Program-made: the position numbers and the translations under genes
Assembly (NCBI GenBank): GCA_963794325.1
Contig: CAWCDG010000003.1
Location: 352,001-416,000 of the forward strand
Length of the DNA stretch: 64,000 bases
Direction: 5' to 3'
Origin: an uncultured delta proteobacterium
GTDB taxonomy: Bacteria; Desulfobacterota; Binatia; Binatales; Binataceae
The notes under the pieces: generated by a model
The model's input: the letters and a program-made list of their open reading frames with translations, nothing else
Told to the model about the DNA's origin: nothing
Databases searched by the model: none
Shown here: positions 1 to 9,445 of the stretch, piece after piece
Position numbering within the stretch: the stretch's first letter is position 1
Layout of the letters: the number at the start of each line of letters is the position of its first letter

Positions 1-2
1 CC

Positions 3-689
3 AAGCTCGAGAATAAAATCTACCTCACCTTCACTTTCAGCGACGGCGACAATCTGCAGTACGATCAGCATCGGCTCCGAACCATCTGGGACGATCCGAA
101 TCGCGGCAAGGTGCCGCTCAACTGGACTATCAGCCCACTTCTGATCGATGCTGCGCCGATCATGCTCCACTACTACCAAAGCACACAGACACCAAACGAT
201 CTTATCGTCGCTGGGCCGTCGGGGGCAGGGTACACCTATCCCGGCGACTGGCCTTCCGCCGCTCTCGCAACCTTCACCAAGCGGACTGGCCAGTACATGA
301 CGCGCGCCGGACTGAAAGTGATCGACGCTCTGAACCTCACTGCGACGGGCTCGAACTCCAATTTGACGAAAACGGTTGCGCGAGAGTATGCGCGTTACGC
401 GCACCCTCTCGGGCTACTCTGTAACTGGCGGTTTGATTCCAGTTCCCTGCAAAGACCGGCGGGCCTTCCGGTGATAAGTCAGGCCATCATCAGCTCGGTC
501 GCGGAAGGACGGATTGCCACTGCATCGATAAGAGACTCGTGGACCAGCCATCACCCGCTCTTCGCAGCCATCCTCGTGGACGCGTGGAACATGACCCCGA
601 CCGACGTCAATACGCTGGCAGCATCGCTAGGAAAGCCGTTCGAAATCGTTCGCGGCGACGTCTTCTTCGACCTGATACGCAAGCATTAG
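3..689 (+). CDS. GxGYxYP-family putative glycoside hydrolase, C-terminal part (5'-truncated by window)
   Basis: Frame open from the window start (KLENKIYLTFTFSDGDNLQYD...); contains SDGDN and GPSGAGYTYP (GxGYxYP) motifs. Confidence 0.75.
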   Translation, partial: KLENKIYLTFTFSDGDNLQYDQHRLRTIWDDPNRGKVPLNWTISPLLIDAAPIMLHYYQSTQTPNDLIVAGPSGAGYTYPGDWPSAALATFTKRTGQYMTRAGLKVIDALNLTATGSNSNLTKTVAREYARYAHPLGLLCNWRFDSSSLQRPAGLPVISQAIISSVAEGRIATASIRDSWTSHHPLFAAILVDAWNMTPTDVNTLAASLGKPFEIVRGDVFFDLIRKH

Positions 690-799
690 GGTGTTCGCCC
701 CGTGAACGTTACCCCCTCGTTTTTCGGCCACATGAGTCCACCGCCGATCACCAACCGCGCATCTTCGGCTGATAAGGACGGAGTTGAGGAGTCAATACA

Positions 800-1945
800 A
801 TGAATGAAGTTGATCGCGAAATCGTCGCCGCCGTCCGCCGCTTCGTCGATCGCGACGTCATCCCAAACGCCTCCGCCCTCGAACATCGCGACGAATACCC
901 GCATGCGATGGTCGCCACGATGCGCGAGCTGGGCCTCTTCGGCGCCACCATCCCGGCCAAGTTCGGCGGCCTCGCCCTCAGCTTCCTGACCTACGCGCGC
1001 GTGATGGAAGAGCTCTCTCGCGGATGGATGAGTCTGGCCGGCGTCATTAACAGCCACCTGATCATGGCCTACGTTATTGCCAATCACGGCACCGACGCGC
1101 AGAAAACATATTTCCTGCCCGCGATGGCGCGCGGCGAAAAACGCGGCGGCCTCGCGCTGACCGAGCCGCATGCCGGCAGCGACGTACAATCGATTCGCAC
1201 CACCGCGACTCGCCGCGGCGACGACTATATTCTCACCGGCTCCAAGATGTTCATCACCAACGCGCGCCACGGCACGATGCTCGCGGTCGCCGCCAAAACC
1301 GACCCTCACGCCGATCCCGCCTACGCCGGCATCAGCATGTTCGCCGTCGAGAAAAGCGATCGCGGTCCCACCGTCAGCCGCAATCTCGACAAGCTGGGTT
1401 ACAAGGGTATCGACACCTGCGAAGTCCTGTTCGAAGACGTCCCGGTCCCCGCCGCAAATCTGATCGGCGGGGATGAAGGCGCGGGCTTCAAACAGGTGAT
1501 GAGCGCGCTGGAAGTCGGACGCATCAACGTAGCCGCGCGCGCAGTGGGAGTAGGGCAGGCCGCGTTCGAAACCGCAATCCGCTACGCGCAACAGCGCACC
1601 GCCTTCGGCAAACCCATCTGCCAGCATCAAGCCGTCCAGCTGCTGCTCGCCGATATGGCGACGCGAGTCGAAGCCGCGCGCCTGCTGGTCGCCAACGCCG
1701 CCCGCAAGAAAGACGCAAACGAACGATGCGACGTGGAAGCCGGGATGGCCAAACTTTTCGCCTCGGAAGCCTGCGCGAAAATCTCTCTCGATGCGATGCG
1801 AGTGCTGGGCGGCTACGGCTTCATGGCCGACTTCCCGGTCGAGCGCTTCTACCGCGACGCCCCGCTGATGATGATCGGCGAAGGCACCAACGAAATTCAG
1901 GCCCTCGTAATCGCCCGCGGCCTCCTGGCTCGGTACGCAATCTAA
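800..1945 (+). CDS. Acyl-CoA dehydrogenase
   Basis: ALTEPHAGSD, GSKMFITN, R.AFGKPI, GGYGF...ERFYRDA...IGEGTNEIQ motifs; GAGGAG RBS upstream. Confidence 0.95.
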   Translation: MNEVDREIVAAVRRFVDRDVIPNASALEHRDEYPHAMVATMRELGLFGATIPAKFGGLALSFLTYARVMEELSRGWMSLAGVINSHLIMAYVIANHGTDAQKTYFLPAMARGEKRGGLALTEPHAGSDVQSIRTTATRRGDDYILTGSKMFITNARHGTMLAVAAKTDPHADPAYAGISMFAVEKSDRGPTVSRNLDKLGYKGIDTCEVLFEDVPVPAANLIGGDEGAGFKQVMSALEVGRINVAARAVGVGQAAFETAIRYAQQRTAFGKPICQHQAVQLLLADMATRVEAARLLVANAARKKDANERCDVEAGMAKLFASEACAKISLDAMRVLGGYGFMADFPVERFYRDAPLMMIGEGTNEIQALVIARGLLARYAI

Positions 1946-1950
1946 ACGCG

Positions 1951-2035
1951 ATTGTTCCTCTTCCCTCGAGGGAAGAGGTTACTCCTCACAAATCCGGTTC
2001 CCCTTCCCTCGAGGGAAGGGGTTAGGGGTTAGGTT
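1951..2035. repeat. REP-like palindrome family A, two tandem units (CCCCTTCCC-N3-5-GGGAAGGGG-TTAGGGGTTAGG)
   Basis: Same motif at 5484-5562, 6957-7000, 15889-15928 and inverted at 37359-37401. Confidence 0.9.
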
Positions 2036-2039
2036 CTTC

Positions 2040-2771
2040 TCACTCGCCGCGCGCCAACTCATGCAACGCCCGCGCGCATTCCACCGGATGCGTAAACATC
2101 ACCTCGTGCCCGCTCTTCACGAACTTCAACGTCGGATTCTTCAACCTGCTCGAAAAATGCGGATGCCAATTGGGCGCACCCGCGACCGGCGTCTGATCGT
2201 CCTCGCACACGAGATAGCTGCTGGGAATGCCGGTAGCGAAGTAGGGCGCCATCGCCACCGGCGTCATCATCGGCGCGATCGGCTGAGGTCCCACCGCCGA
2301 CAGCACGTATTCCTTCAGCGCCGGCGCCATATCGTTGCTGAGCCCCTCAACAAATTCCTTCCCCATCATCTCGATCGGGATCGATCTCTCCGGCATCGAA
2401 TCCGCCCCCGCCGCGATCGGCGAGGTCGCCGGATCAATTATGGGCTGCCCATCGAGTGCCACCAGCGCCGTGACCCACACCACGCGCTTTATCCGCGACG
2501 GAATCTTTGCCGCGACGCCGGGAATCGTAAGTCCGCCGAGACTATGCCCCGCGAGCACGACGTTCTTCAGATCGTGCCGCTCAATAAATTCCGCGACACT
2601 ATCGACATAGCTCTGAAGGCTTACCTTGGATCGATCCGCCCGATTCATCCCATGCCCCGGCAGATCAACCGCATAAGCGCGATCGCCCAACTTCTCGAGC
2701 TGATTGATAACCGCAGCCCAGCACCATGCGCCATGCCAGGCGCCATGCACCAAAACAAAAGTCTCCGCCAT
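2040..2771 (-). CDS. Alpha/beta hydrolase (methylesterase-like)
   Basis: FVLVHGAWHGAWCW, GHSLGG nucleophile elbow, SGH catalytic His; start moved to ATG 2771 because the upstream ORF extension is repeat DNA. Confidence 0.9.
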   Translation of the reverse strand: MAETFVLVHGAWHGAWCWAAVINQLEKLGDRAYAVDLPGHGMNRADRSKVSLQSYVDSVAEFIERHDLKNVVLAGHSLGGLTIPGVAAKIPSRIKRVVWVTALVALDGQPIIDPATSPIAAGADSMPERSIPIEMMGKEFVEGLSNDMAPALKEYVLSAVGPQPIAPMMTPVAMAPYFATGIPSSYLVCEDDQTPVAGAPNWHPHFSSRLKNPTLKFVKSGHEVMFTHPVECARALHELARGE

Positions 2772-2816
2772 TTTCTTTCCCTCTGTTCTCCTAAGTGGGT
2801 CGCGGCAAAAAAAGAT

Positions 2817-2850
2817 CCGGGATTCTTCGCTGGGCTCTGAATGAAACAAA
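2817..2850. repeat. REP-like palindrome family C (CCGGGATTCTTC...CTGAATGAAACAAA)
   Basis: Both ends shared with 7060-7140, which carries an extra internal segment. Confidence 0.65.
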
Positions 2851-2885
2851 GACTGAGCAGCCTGGCTTTGTGATGTGATCGCAGA

Positions 2886-2946
2886 ACCCTCACCTACCGG
2901 CGGCTACGCCCGCCGGCCTCCTCTCCCGTAAAGTAACGGGCGAGGT
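2886..2946. repeat. REP-like palindrome family D (CCTCTCC..GGAGAGG hairpin, GCGTAGC-loop hairpin, GGTGAGG)
   Basis: Reverse complement has the same architecture as 5610-5668; related hairpin at 5744-5778. Confidence 0.65.
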
Positions 2947-2974
2947 AAATTCCCGCCCGCCTCCGCCCGACCCT

Positions 2975-3072
2975 GAGAGCGAAAGGTTGTCCTCAACATT
3001 TCGCGATTCTCAGTGGGTGCAGGGGTCACCCCTGCCGCGGAAGCGTGAAACCCGCGAAGGGTTTCACATTTA
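2975..3072. repeat. Multi-hairpin repeat family B
   Basis: GAGAGCGAAAGGTTGTCCTCAACATTTCGC...GGGTGCAGGGGTCACCCCTGCC...GTGAAACCC..GGGTTTCAC; left part repeated at 7152-7219, right part inverted at 11486-11538. Confidence 0.85.
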
Positions 3073-3093
3073 ATCAAGTGATTTCCCCTTCCC

Positions 3094-4308
3094 CTAACTC
3101 GCGACCGGCGTAACTTCCTGACCCTCTTTCAACGTCGCCGCCGGCACTACGATCACCATCTCGCCGCCGCTCAGTCCCTGCTTGACCTCGATGCCGTCCT
3201 GAAACTCGCGCCCAACCGTGATGGGCACCAGATGCACCGTATCGTCGCGCACGACCCACACCGAGTTGGCGCTACCGTCCGCGACGATCGCCTTCTTCGG
3301 CACCAGCACCATCGGCGCCGCCGCGGTCTGCGTCACGATCGATTGGAACGTCACCTTGGCGCTCATTTCCGGCTTGATAATTTTGAGGTCCGGCTGCAGG
3401 ATTTTGACCTCGACTTTCACCGTGCCTTTCTGCCGGTCGGCCTCCGGATAAATCTTCACCACCTGCGCCGTGAACGGATTGTCCGGATACGCATCCGGGA
3501 TCACCGTCGCCGGCGTGCCCATCTTGACCTTGGCGATATCGCTTTCATTGATATCGACTTCGCAACGCAAATCGCTCAGGTCCGCGAGCTGCGCGATATC
3601 GGTCGCGCCGCCGCCGCCCGGACTCTGGCCGAAGGCTGTAATCGTGTCGCCGAGTTCGCGATATTTCTGCAGCACCACGCCATTGATTGGCGACGTGATC
3701 ATCGTCTGGCTCACGTTGAACTTCGCGAAATCGATCGCGCCTTTGGCCTTGTTGAGCTCGGCTTCCGCTACCGATAGCTGATTCTCCGCGTCATCGAGCG
3801 CGTCCTTCGATTGCACTCCATCCTTATAGAGCGCGCGGAGCCGTTCCGCCCGCGCCTTTTTCAGCACGACATTCGCAGCGGCCAAATCGCGATCCGCGTA
3901 GGCCTGCCGCAACTGGGCCTGGTAATCGCGATCGTCGATCCGCGCGAGCAGGTCGCCGACTTTGACCTGCTGCCCTTCTTCGATCGGCTCGGCGAGTATC
4001 TGCCCGAGAATCTTGGTGCCGATCACGATGTACTTATGCCGCGTGATTATATACCCGCTGCCGGTCAGCACCGTGCCCGCCTGTCCCGCCTGCTTGACGC
4101 TGACGATCGCAGTCTGCACCTCGGGCGGACGGCCGAGCGTCTTTTGATAAACGACATATCCCGCCGCACCGACGACGCCGAGAATCGCGAGCGTGATCAC
4201 AACCGGCACTATCCGGCTCGGCTTTTTCGGATTCGCCGCGCGCGCAATCCGGAGCGACTCGAGCTCGCGGATATTCGGCCCCTTTGGTTGCTCGGTGGAC
4301 AAGGTCAC
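3094..4308 (-). CDS. Periplasmic adaptor (membrane fusion protein, MacA-like)
   Basis: N-terminal TM, lipoyl half motifs (EEGQQVKVGDLL; ITSPINGVV), helical hairpin, DINESDI. Confidence 0.92.
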   Translation of the reverse strand: MTLSTEQPKGPNIRELESLRIARAANPKKPSRIVPVVITLAILGVVGAAGYVVYQKTLGRPPEVQTAIVSVKQAGQAGTVLTGSGYIITRHKYIVIGTKILGQILAEPIEEGQQVKVGDLLARIDDRDYQAQLRQAYADRDLAAANVVLKKARAERLRALYKDGVQSKDALDDAENQLSVAEAELNKAKGAIDFAKFNVSQTMITSPINGVVLQKYRELGDTITAFGQSPGGGGATDIAQLADLSDLRCEVDINESDIAKVKMGTPATVIPDAYPDNPFTAQVVKIYPEADRQKGTVKVEVKILQPDLKIIKPEMSAKVTFQSIVTQTAAAPMVLVPKKAIVADGSANSVWVVRDDTVHLVPITVGREFQDGIEVKQGLSGGEMVIVVPAATLKEGQEVTPVAS

Positions 4309-5468
4309 ACGCTCCTGAGCGCATCTACTACCGGCATTTTCATCGCTTGCCGCGCCGGTAGCCAGCCCCCGACCATACCCATTACGGCGGCAAAAATCAG
4401 CGCCTCGATCACGATCGCGAACGTCACGTGGAAGCTGAATGCCAGCGTCGAGAACGTCACGAAATTTCCGAAGGTCGTCGACAACCCGTTGATCGGCATC
4501 GCAAGCAGGATTCCAATCACGCCCGCCGCCACCGCCAGCACCAGCGACTCGAGCAGAAACGACGTCATCACCGCGATCGGCGCAAAACCCAGCGCGCGCA
4601 ACGTCCCGATTTCAGTGGTCCGCGACGACACCGCCGCGTACATCGTGTTCATCGCGCCGAATATCGCGCCCACCGCCATTATCACCGCGACGATCATCCC
4701 GAGCACCCGCATCTGATTGGCGACTACCGCCTGATCCTTGTAGTAGTCGGCCTCGGTCTCCGCCTGCAGATTGATTCGCGGATCGTCGGCCAGCCTGCGA
4801 ATCAGCGCAGCGGCGTCCGCGCCCGGCATAAGTTTCAATCGCACATCTGCGTAATAGGCGCCGCGCTGCGCATCGTCCTGCACGTTATGAATATCGCCCC
4901 ACACCTCCGACTCGAACGATCCGCCCTGTGCCGCCATTATCCCGACGACTTTCCAATTTCCCCGTCCGAACCGCAGCGTCGATCCGATCTGCATATTCGC
5001 GTAATGCCCCTGCAGACCTTTCCCGACCACAACTTCATTGACCGACGGATTGAACATCCGTCCTTCGATAATCTTAACCTTGGGATGCACCTTCAGCGCG
5101 ATTGGCAGCACTCCGCGCACAACTATATTGTCGCGCCCGCCGCCGACCCGTTCCATCAACGCCTGCACCGGCAGCTCCGGCGATGCGTCCACGGTGCCAT
5201 CAGGCTCGCGCCGAATCTGCGGCAAGAACTTCATCGCATCAAACTGATCGAGCTGAATCGCCGAGTAGGTCTCGGTAGTGGCCCCCTTGCGCAACACGAT
5301 CACATTATCCGGATCTCCGGTATCCGAAATCGCCGAATTCAACCCCGCCACCAGCGCCATAACAATCACAAACACACAGACAACCAGCGCAATCCCACCG
5401 CCGGTCATAGCAGTAGAAACCCGCCGCACCAGCAGCGACCTGATATTATATTTCAGCGGTATCGCCAT
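4305..5468 (-). CDS. ABC transporter permease (MacB/FtsX family)
   Basis: RTTEIGTLRALGF, ESLVLA, C-terminal PARQA motifs; 4-bp overlap with the adaptor gene. Confidence 0.92.
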   Translation of the reverse strand: MAIPLKYNIRSLLVRRVSTAMTGGGIALVVCVFVIVMALVAGLNSAISDTGDPDNVIVLRKGATTETYSAIQLDQFDAMKFLPQIRREPDGTVDASPELPVQALMERVGGGRDNIVVRGVLPIALKVHPKVKIIEGRMFNPSVNEVVVGKGLQGHYANMQIGSTLRFGRGNWKVVGIMAAQGGSFESEVWGDIHNVQDDAQRGAYYADVRLKLMPGADAAALIRRLADDPRINLQAETEADYYKDQAVVANQMRVLGMIVAVIMAVGAIFGAMNTMYAAVSSRTTEIGTLRALGFAPIAVMTSFLLESLVLAVAAGVIGILLAMPINGLSTTFGNFVTFSTLAFSFHVTFAIVIEALIFAAVMGMVGGWLPARQAMKMPVVDALRSV

Positions 5469-5483
5469 CTAATTCCTATGCCC

Positions 5484-5562
5484 GATCCCCTTCCCGCGAG
5501 GGAAGGGGTCTCCAACAATCCGGTTCCCCTTCCCACTAAGGGAAGGGGTTAGGGGTTAGGTT
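5484..5562. repeat. REP-like palindrome family A, two tandem units
   Basis: CCCCTTCCCGCGAGGGAAGGGG...ATCCGGTTCCCCTTCCCACTAAGGGAAGGGGTTAGGGGTTAGGTT. Confidence 0.9.
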
Positions 5563-5609
5563 CCTAAGCATCATTCGCAATCCCAACCGCATCGCATCTT
5601 TCGTTCCTA

Positions 5610-5778
5610 ACCTCTCCTTGTCCGAGGAGAGGTCGGCGAAAGCCGCGTAGCGGTGTCGCCGGGTGAGGTGCAACGCCAGACATTTCAGTCGATCCATACT
5701 CGATTCCGAAAGCCAGAAAGTGGCGCCGCCCCCGAGCACTGCACCTCTCTCTAACCCTCTCCTTGGACAAGGAGAGGG
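5610..5778. repeat. REP-like palindromes family D (two hairpin units)
   Basis: CCTCTCCTTGTCCGAGGAGAGG and CCCTCTCCTTGGACAAGGAGAGGG. Confidence 0.7.
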
Positions 5779-5798
5779 CACTGGACAAAGGTTTCTCC

Positions 5799-6938
5799 TC
5801 ACGCAACCGTCCTCAATGCATCCACAATATTCCGCCGCGCCGCCGAGCTCGCCGGCACCATCGCACTCAACAGTCCTATCAACGCCGCAACAATCAGGGT
5901 TTCAGCCAGGATCGCCGGCGGCATCCGGATCGTTCCCAGCGGTCCGCCCACGTTGCCGACTGAAAATATCTTCAGCAGCACATAAGCCGATCCACACCCT
6001 ATAACCCCTCCGATAAGTCCTATGATCAAAGACTCGGCCAGCAGCAGAGACAAGATGGTGCGCGACGGAAATCCCATCGATCGCATCACCGCTATCTCGC
6101 CGCGCCGCTCGCGTATCGACATAGCCGCCGTATTCGCCGCGACCAGTCCTATCGTCAGCACCACGATAAATCCCAACAGCTCAGCCATCCTGAAAAACGT
6201 GCGGTACTGATCGAGGAAGCCGCCGATAAAGGCCGCCTCCGATTCCGACAAGGTCTCCGCCGACGAGTTGGCAAAGCCTTCATCGATAGTCGCAATCACC
6301 TGCGGCACGTTCTCCGGCTTATCCACCTTTATCCACATGTTATCGACGACACCGGGCCGGCCGGCAGCTTCTTCCAGGTAGTCTCTCCTGAACAACAGGA
6401 AATTCGGCGGCGCCTTGCCGCCAATCGTGCCTACGATTTGCAGCGTCACGTTGAACGGATAGAGCGTACCGCGCAGCTGTATCTGCTGCCCCAGATGCAG
6501 ATGAAAGCGCTTCATCGTCTCTGTGCCGACCAGCGCCGCGGTGCGAATCTTCTTGAACTGTTGGAACTGCTCCGGACTGATCCCCCAGTCGGGCCACATC
6601 TTATCGACATTCTCGGGATCAGCCGCCAGATTCGGAAACTGATCCGACACCTCATGGTACACGCCGCCAAACCAGCTCTCCGGCACCACTACCTCGACAT
6701 GCGGCAACGTAGCGACCCGCTGCTTGTAGGCAATCGGAATCGAGTAGGCCAGACCGGCCTTGTTATGCATCGCAATTCTGGTCGAGGAAGCCGTATTCCC
6801 GAGGATCTGATCGGCGACCGTGGGCACGCTAACCAGCGCCGAAAAAATAAACAGCGAAACCGCAATCGACAGCACAGTCAAAAACGTCCGCCGCTTACTC
6901 CGAACCAGATTCTTAAAAACGAGTGCCGTATACTTCAT
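5799..6938 (-). CDS. ABC transporter permease (MacB/FtsX family)
   Basis: KNLVRSKRRTFLT, RERRGEIAVMRSMGF, AESLI motifs; start set at ATG 6938 (upstream extension is repeat). Confidence 0.92.
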   Translation of the reverse strand: MKYTALVFKNLVRSKRRTFLTVLSIAVSLFIFSALVSVPTVADQILGNTASSTRIAMHNKAGLAYSIPIAYKQRVATLPHVEVVVPESWFGGVYHEVSDQFPNLAADPENVDKMWPDWGISPEQFQQFKKIRTAALVGTETMKRFHLHLGQQIQLRGTLYPFNVTLQIVGTIGGKAPPNFLLFRRDYLEEAAGRPGVVDNMWIKVDKPENVPQVIATIDEGFANSSAETLSESEAAFIGGFLDQYRTFFRMAELLGFIVVLTIGLVAANTAAMSIRERRGEIAVMRSMGFPSRTILSLLLAESLIIGLIGGVIGCGSAYVLLKIFSVGNVGGPLGTIRMPPAILAETLIVAALIGLLSAMVPASSAARRNIVDALRTVA

Positions 6939-6956
6939 AAGACTAACCCTCGATAC

Positions 6957-7000
6957 ATCCGGTCCCCCTTCCCGCTCGGGAAGGGGGTAGGGGTTAGGTT
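6957..7000. repeat. REP-like palindrome family A
   Basis: ATCCGGTCCCCCTTCCCGCTCGGGAAGGGGGTAGGGGTTAGGTT. Confidence 0.85.
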
Positions 7001-7059
7001 GCCAATCATCCTTCACCACCAGCATCGCTCACGCGCATCAGGGCGAGGCAAAGAAGGAG

Positions 7060-7219
7060 CCGGGATTCTTCCCCTTCGGCTGCGCTCAGGGCTTCGGCAG
7101 GTGGAAGCGGAATTATCCAGAAGCGACCTGAATGAAACAAAAACAAACCCCGAGAGCGAAAGGTCGTCCTCGACATTTCGCGATTTCCTATCACCGGGTG
7201 CAGGGGTCACCCCTGCCGC
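7060..7219. repeat. REP-like family C (7060-7140) followed by family B (7152-7219)
   Basis: Direct similarity to 2817-2850 and 2975-3038. Confidence 0.8.
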
Positions 7220-7243
7220 CCGCCGCGCAGGCGATTACCTTCC

Positions 7244-7969
7244 TCACGCATGCGCCGCCTCGGCCGGCGCTCCTCGCTTCCCCGGTTCAACCCCGGCCAA
7301 CACTCCCTTATCCAGCCGATAAACCGTATCCACATACCGCTCAGCCCGCGGGTCGTGCGTGACCATCACGATCGTCTTCGAAAACTGCCGATTCATATCC
7401 ACCAGCAATCCCAAAATTTCCTCAGCCGACTTCGCATCGAGATCTCCGGTCGGCTCGTCAGCAACAATAATCGTCGGGTCCGCCACAATCGCGCGCGCAA
7501 TCGCAACCCGCTGCTCCTGCCCGCCCGACAGCTGCCGTGGATAATGGTCCATCCGATCCGCGAGTCCGACGACCTTCAGCGCGGTCTCGACATGCTCCCG
7601 CCGCTCGGCCTTGTTCAGACTGGTCAGCAGCAGCGGCAACTCGACATTCTCAAACGCGGTCAGCACCGGAATAAGATTGTAGAACTGGAATACCAACCCG
7701 ATATGCCGCGCGCGCCAGCCGGCCAGGTCGCGCTCCTTCATCCCGGTAATTTCCTCACCGCCGACCGCCACTCGCCCGGTGCTCGCGTGATCGATTCCCG
7801 CGATCAGGTTCAGCATAGTGGTCTTACCCGACCCCGACGGCCCCATAATCGCGACGAAGCGCCCGACCGGAATCTGCACCGTCACATCGTCGAGCGCGCG
7901 CACTTCGAATTCGTCGCGCTTATAGATTCGGGTCACGTGTTCGAGATCGATTGCGTACTTTTCGTCCAT
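7244..7969 (-). CDS. ABC transporter ATP-binding protein (LolD/MacB type)
   Basis: [29 protein letters not shown]. Confidence 0.96.
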   Translation of the reverse strand: MDEKYAIDLEHVTRIYKRDEFEVRALDDVTVQIPVGRFVAIMGPSGSGKTTMLNLIAGIDHASTGRVAVGGEEITGMKERDLAGWRARHIGLVFQFYNLIPVLTAFENVELPLLLTSLNKAERREHVETALKVVGLADRMDHYPRQLSGGQEQRVAIARAIVADPTIIVADEPTGDLDAKSAEEILGLLVDMNRQFSKTIVMVTHDPRAERYVDTVYRLDKGVLAGVEPGKRGAPAEAAHA

Positions 7970-7997
7970 GACGATCCTTCCCTTTAACCCGTACCCT

Positions 7998-8576
7998 TCA
8001 CTTCCCCAGAGCGGCGATGTGGGTTGTTTTCAGCCGCGATATACGGCGTCGCTTAATTTGTATCTCACGCTTCAATTGCGAAGCTAAGCTCGCCAGCACC
8101 CGCGCCTTGGCCTCGGTAATCGCACGCCCGAGCTCGACCATCGTGATGCGTACCGGGCTCGCACCCGCCCGCCGCATCCCGGCGACCATCTCGCCCAGGA
8201 TAGAGGTGCGCTGTTCGTCGTCGCGTCGCGCTCGCTCCATATGCTCGAGCGCAATTTCGGGCTGCTGGTCCGCGAAATAAATCTTTACCTGCGTCTCGTC
8301 GAATACGAACAGCGGCTGCGCCGGCTCGCGCAGCATCTTGATAAAATACGCCCGGCCGCGCGGCGTGATCGCATAAATCTTCCGCGCCCGCCGTCCGCGC
8401 CGTTCCGTCCGCAACTTGACCAGCCCGTCGCCCGCCAGTTTCTTCAGCGCCGGGTATATCGATCCGTCGCTGACCCGGTAGAAAAACCCGACCGGGTCCT
8501 GAAACCGCTGCTTCAGGTCGTAGCCAGTCGCCTCCGACTCCATCAGAAACCCGAGGATCGGAAATTTGACATCCAT
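7998..8576 (-). CDS. PadR-family transcriptional regulator
   Basis: ILGFL...GYDLK...[10 protein letters not shown]...[10 protein letters not shown]; start at ATG 8576. Confidence 0.9.
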   Translation of the reverse strand: MDVKFPILGFLMESEATGYDLKQRFQDPVGFFYRVSDGSIYPALKKLAGDGLVKLRTERRGRRARKIYAITPRGRAYFIKMLREPAQPLFVFDETQVKIYFADQQPEIALEHMERARRDDEQRTSILGEMVAGMRRAGASPVRITMVELGRAITEAKARVLASLASQLKREIQIKRRRISRLKTTHIAALGK

Positions 8577-8744
8577 CCGCGGCGGCGTCTTGTTGTATTC
8601 CAAAAACGCCGACTTCGCCGGAAAGAGCTGAGCGCCGGGACGTTCGCGACGCAGTCCGTTCACGCTCGAGATTGACGACACCTGATGCATACCCATCAAG
8701 CCAATAGCTCGACTTGAGCTATGAGTCAACGAGCGTGGAAGAGA

Positions 8745-9275
8745 TCACGATGCAGCAATCCAGCTGCGCATGCTACGAAAGACGCGCCCGAGATTGCTCG
8801 AACCCGAAAGCGGCGCGGTTCGCGCACCCGCCGCAACCAGCTCGCGCATCCGCGCCGGTTCCGGCTCCGTGCCGAACACCACATCCCAGATAGGCGTGGT
8901 CACGCCGAAAATCGCGTCCGGCTCGCGCAAATGATGCGCCAGATGCCGCGCGCGCAGCCGCTCCTCAACCGCGCACGACGGCGTCGCGAAATGAATCCGG
9001 TAGTGCACGTACTCATACACACCGAATCCCGCGACGATACCGAACAAAAAGATCATCCCCGGCGCCGTCCCGAAGATGGCGGCCAATACGATCAACACGA
9101 CAGCGCTGGGAATCCACGCCCGTATCGCAAACACCGCGCGTGGGTCGACATGATGCTCATTATGCAGCGGCGTCACAAACGTCCGATGCGAATGCCCAAG
9201 CACCCCGTGAATGATGTATTCAAGGAGCGTCCACGCAAACACTCCCCCGACAAAAATCAGCGCACCAGCAATCAC
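8745..9275 (-). CDS. Fatty acid hydroxylase / sterol desaturase family protein
   Basis: His boxes HGVLGH, HNEHH, HYRIH, HLAHH; FGVTTPIWDVVFGT; TM segments. Confidence 0.88.
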   Translation of the reverse strand: MIAGALIFVGGVFAWTLLEYIIHGVLGHSHRTFVTPLHNEHHVDPRAVFAIRAWIPSAVVLIVLAAIFGTAPGMIFLFGIVAGFGVYEYVHYRIHFATPSCAVEERLRARHLAHHLREPDAIFGVTTPIWDVVFGTEPEPARMRELVAAGARTAPLSGSSNLGRVFRSMRSWIAAS

Positions 9276-9378
9276 CGCATGATCTTAGAACGCCTCCACC
9301 CCCTTATCAACGCAGTCCCCCGATTGCATGCATCGCGAAGTCGATGGCGGGCACGGCGGCCCGCCCCCACTGGAGTTC

Positions 9379-9407
9379 TTGACACCCTATTCAAGGATTG
9401 GAATACT
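9379..9407 (+). promoter_or_regulatory. Putative sigma-70 promoter overlapped by an inverted repeat (candidate PadR operator)
   Basis: TTGACA-17 bp-AATACT; TATTC-N8-GAATA inverted repeat spans the spacer and -10. Confidence 0.55.
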
Positions 9408-9445
9408 CTAATTCCCCAGCACGAAAAGGAAGTCGAGGTGACGAC

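Noticed and set aside
2019-2035. TTAGGGG units as telomeric sequence or eukaryotic contamination
   Set aside because: Only two units occur, always attached to the same hairpin inside bacterial intergenic regions.
1951-7219. Repeats as a CRISPR array
   Set aside because: Copies are dispersed, vary in sequence and lack regular spacers; there are no cas genes.
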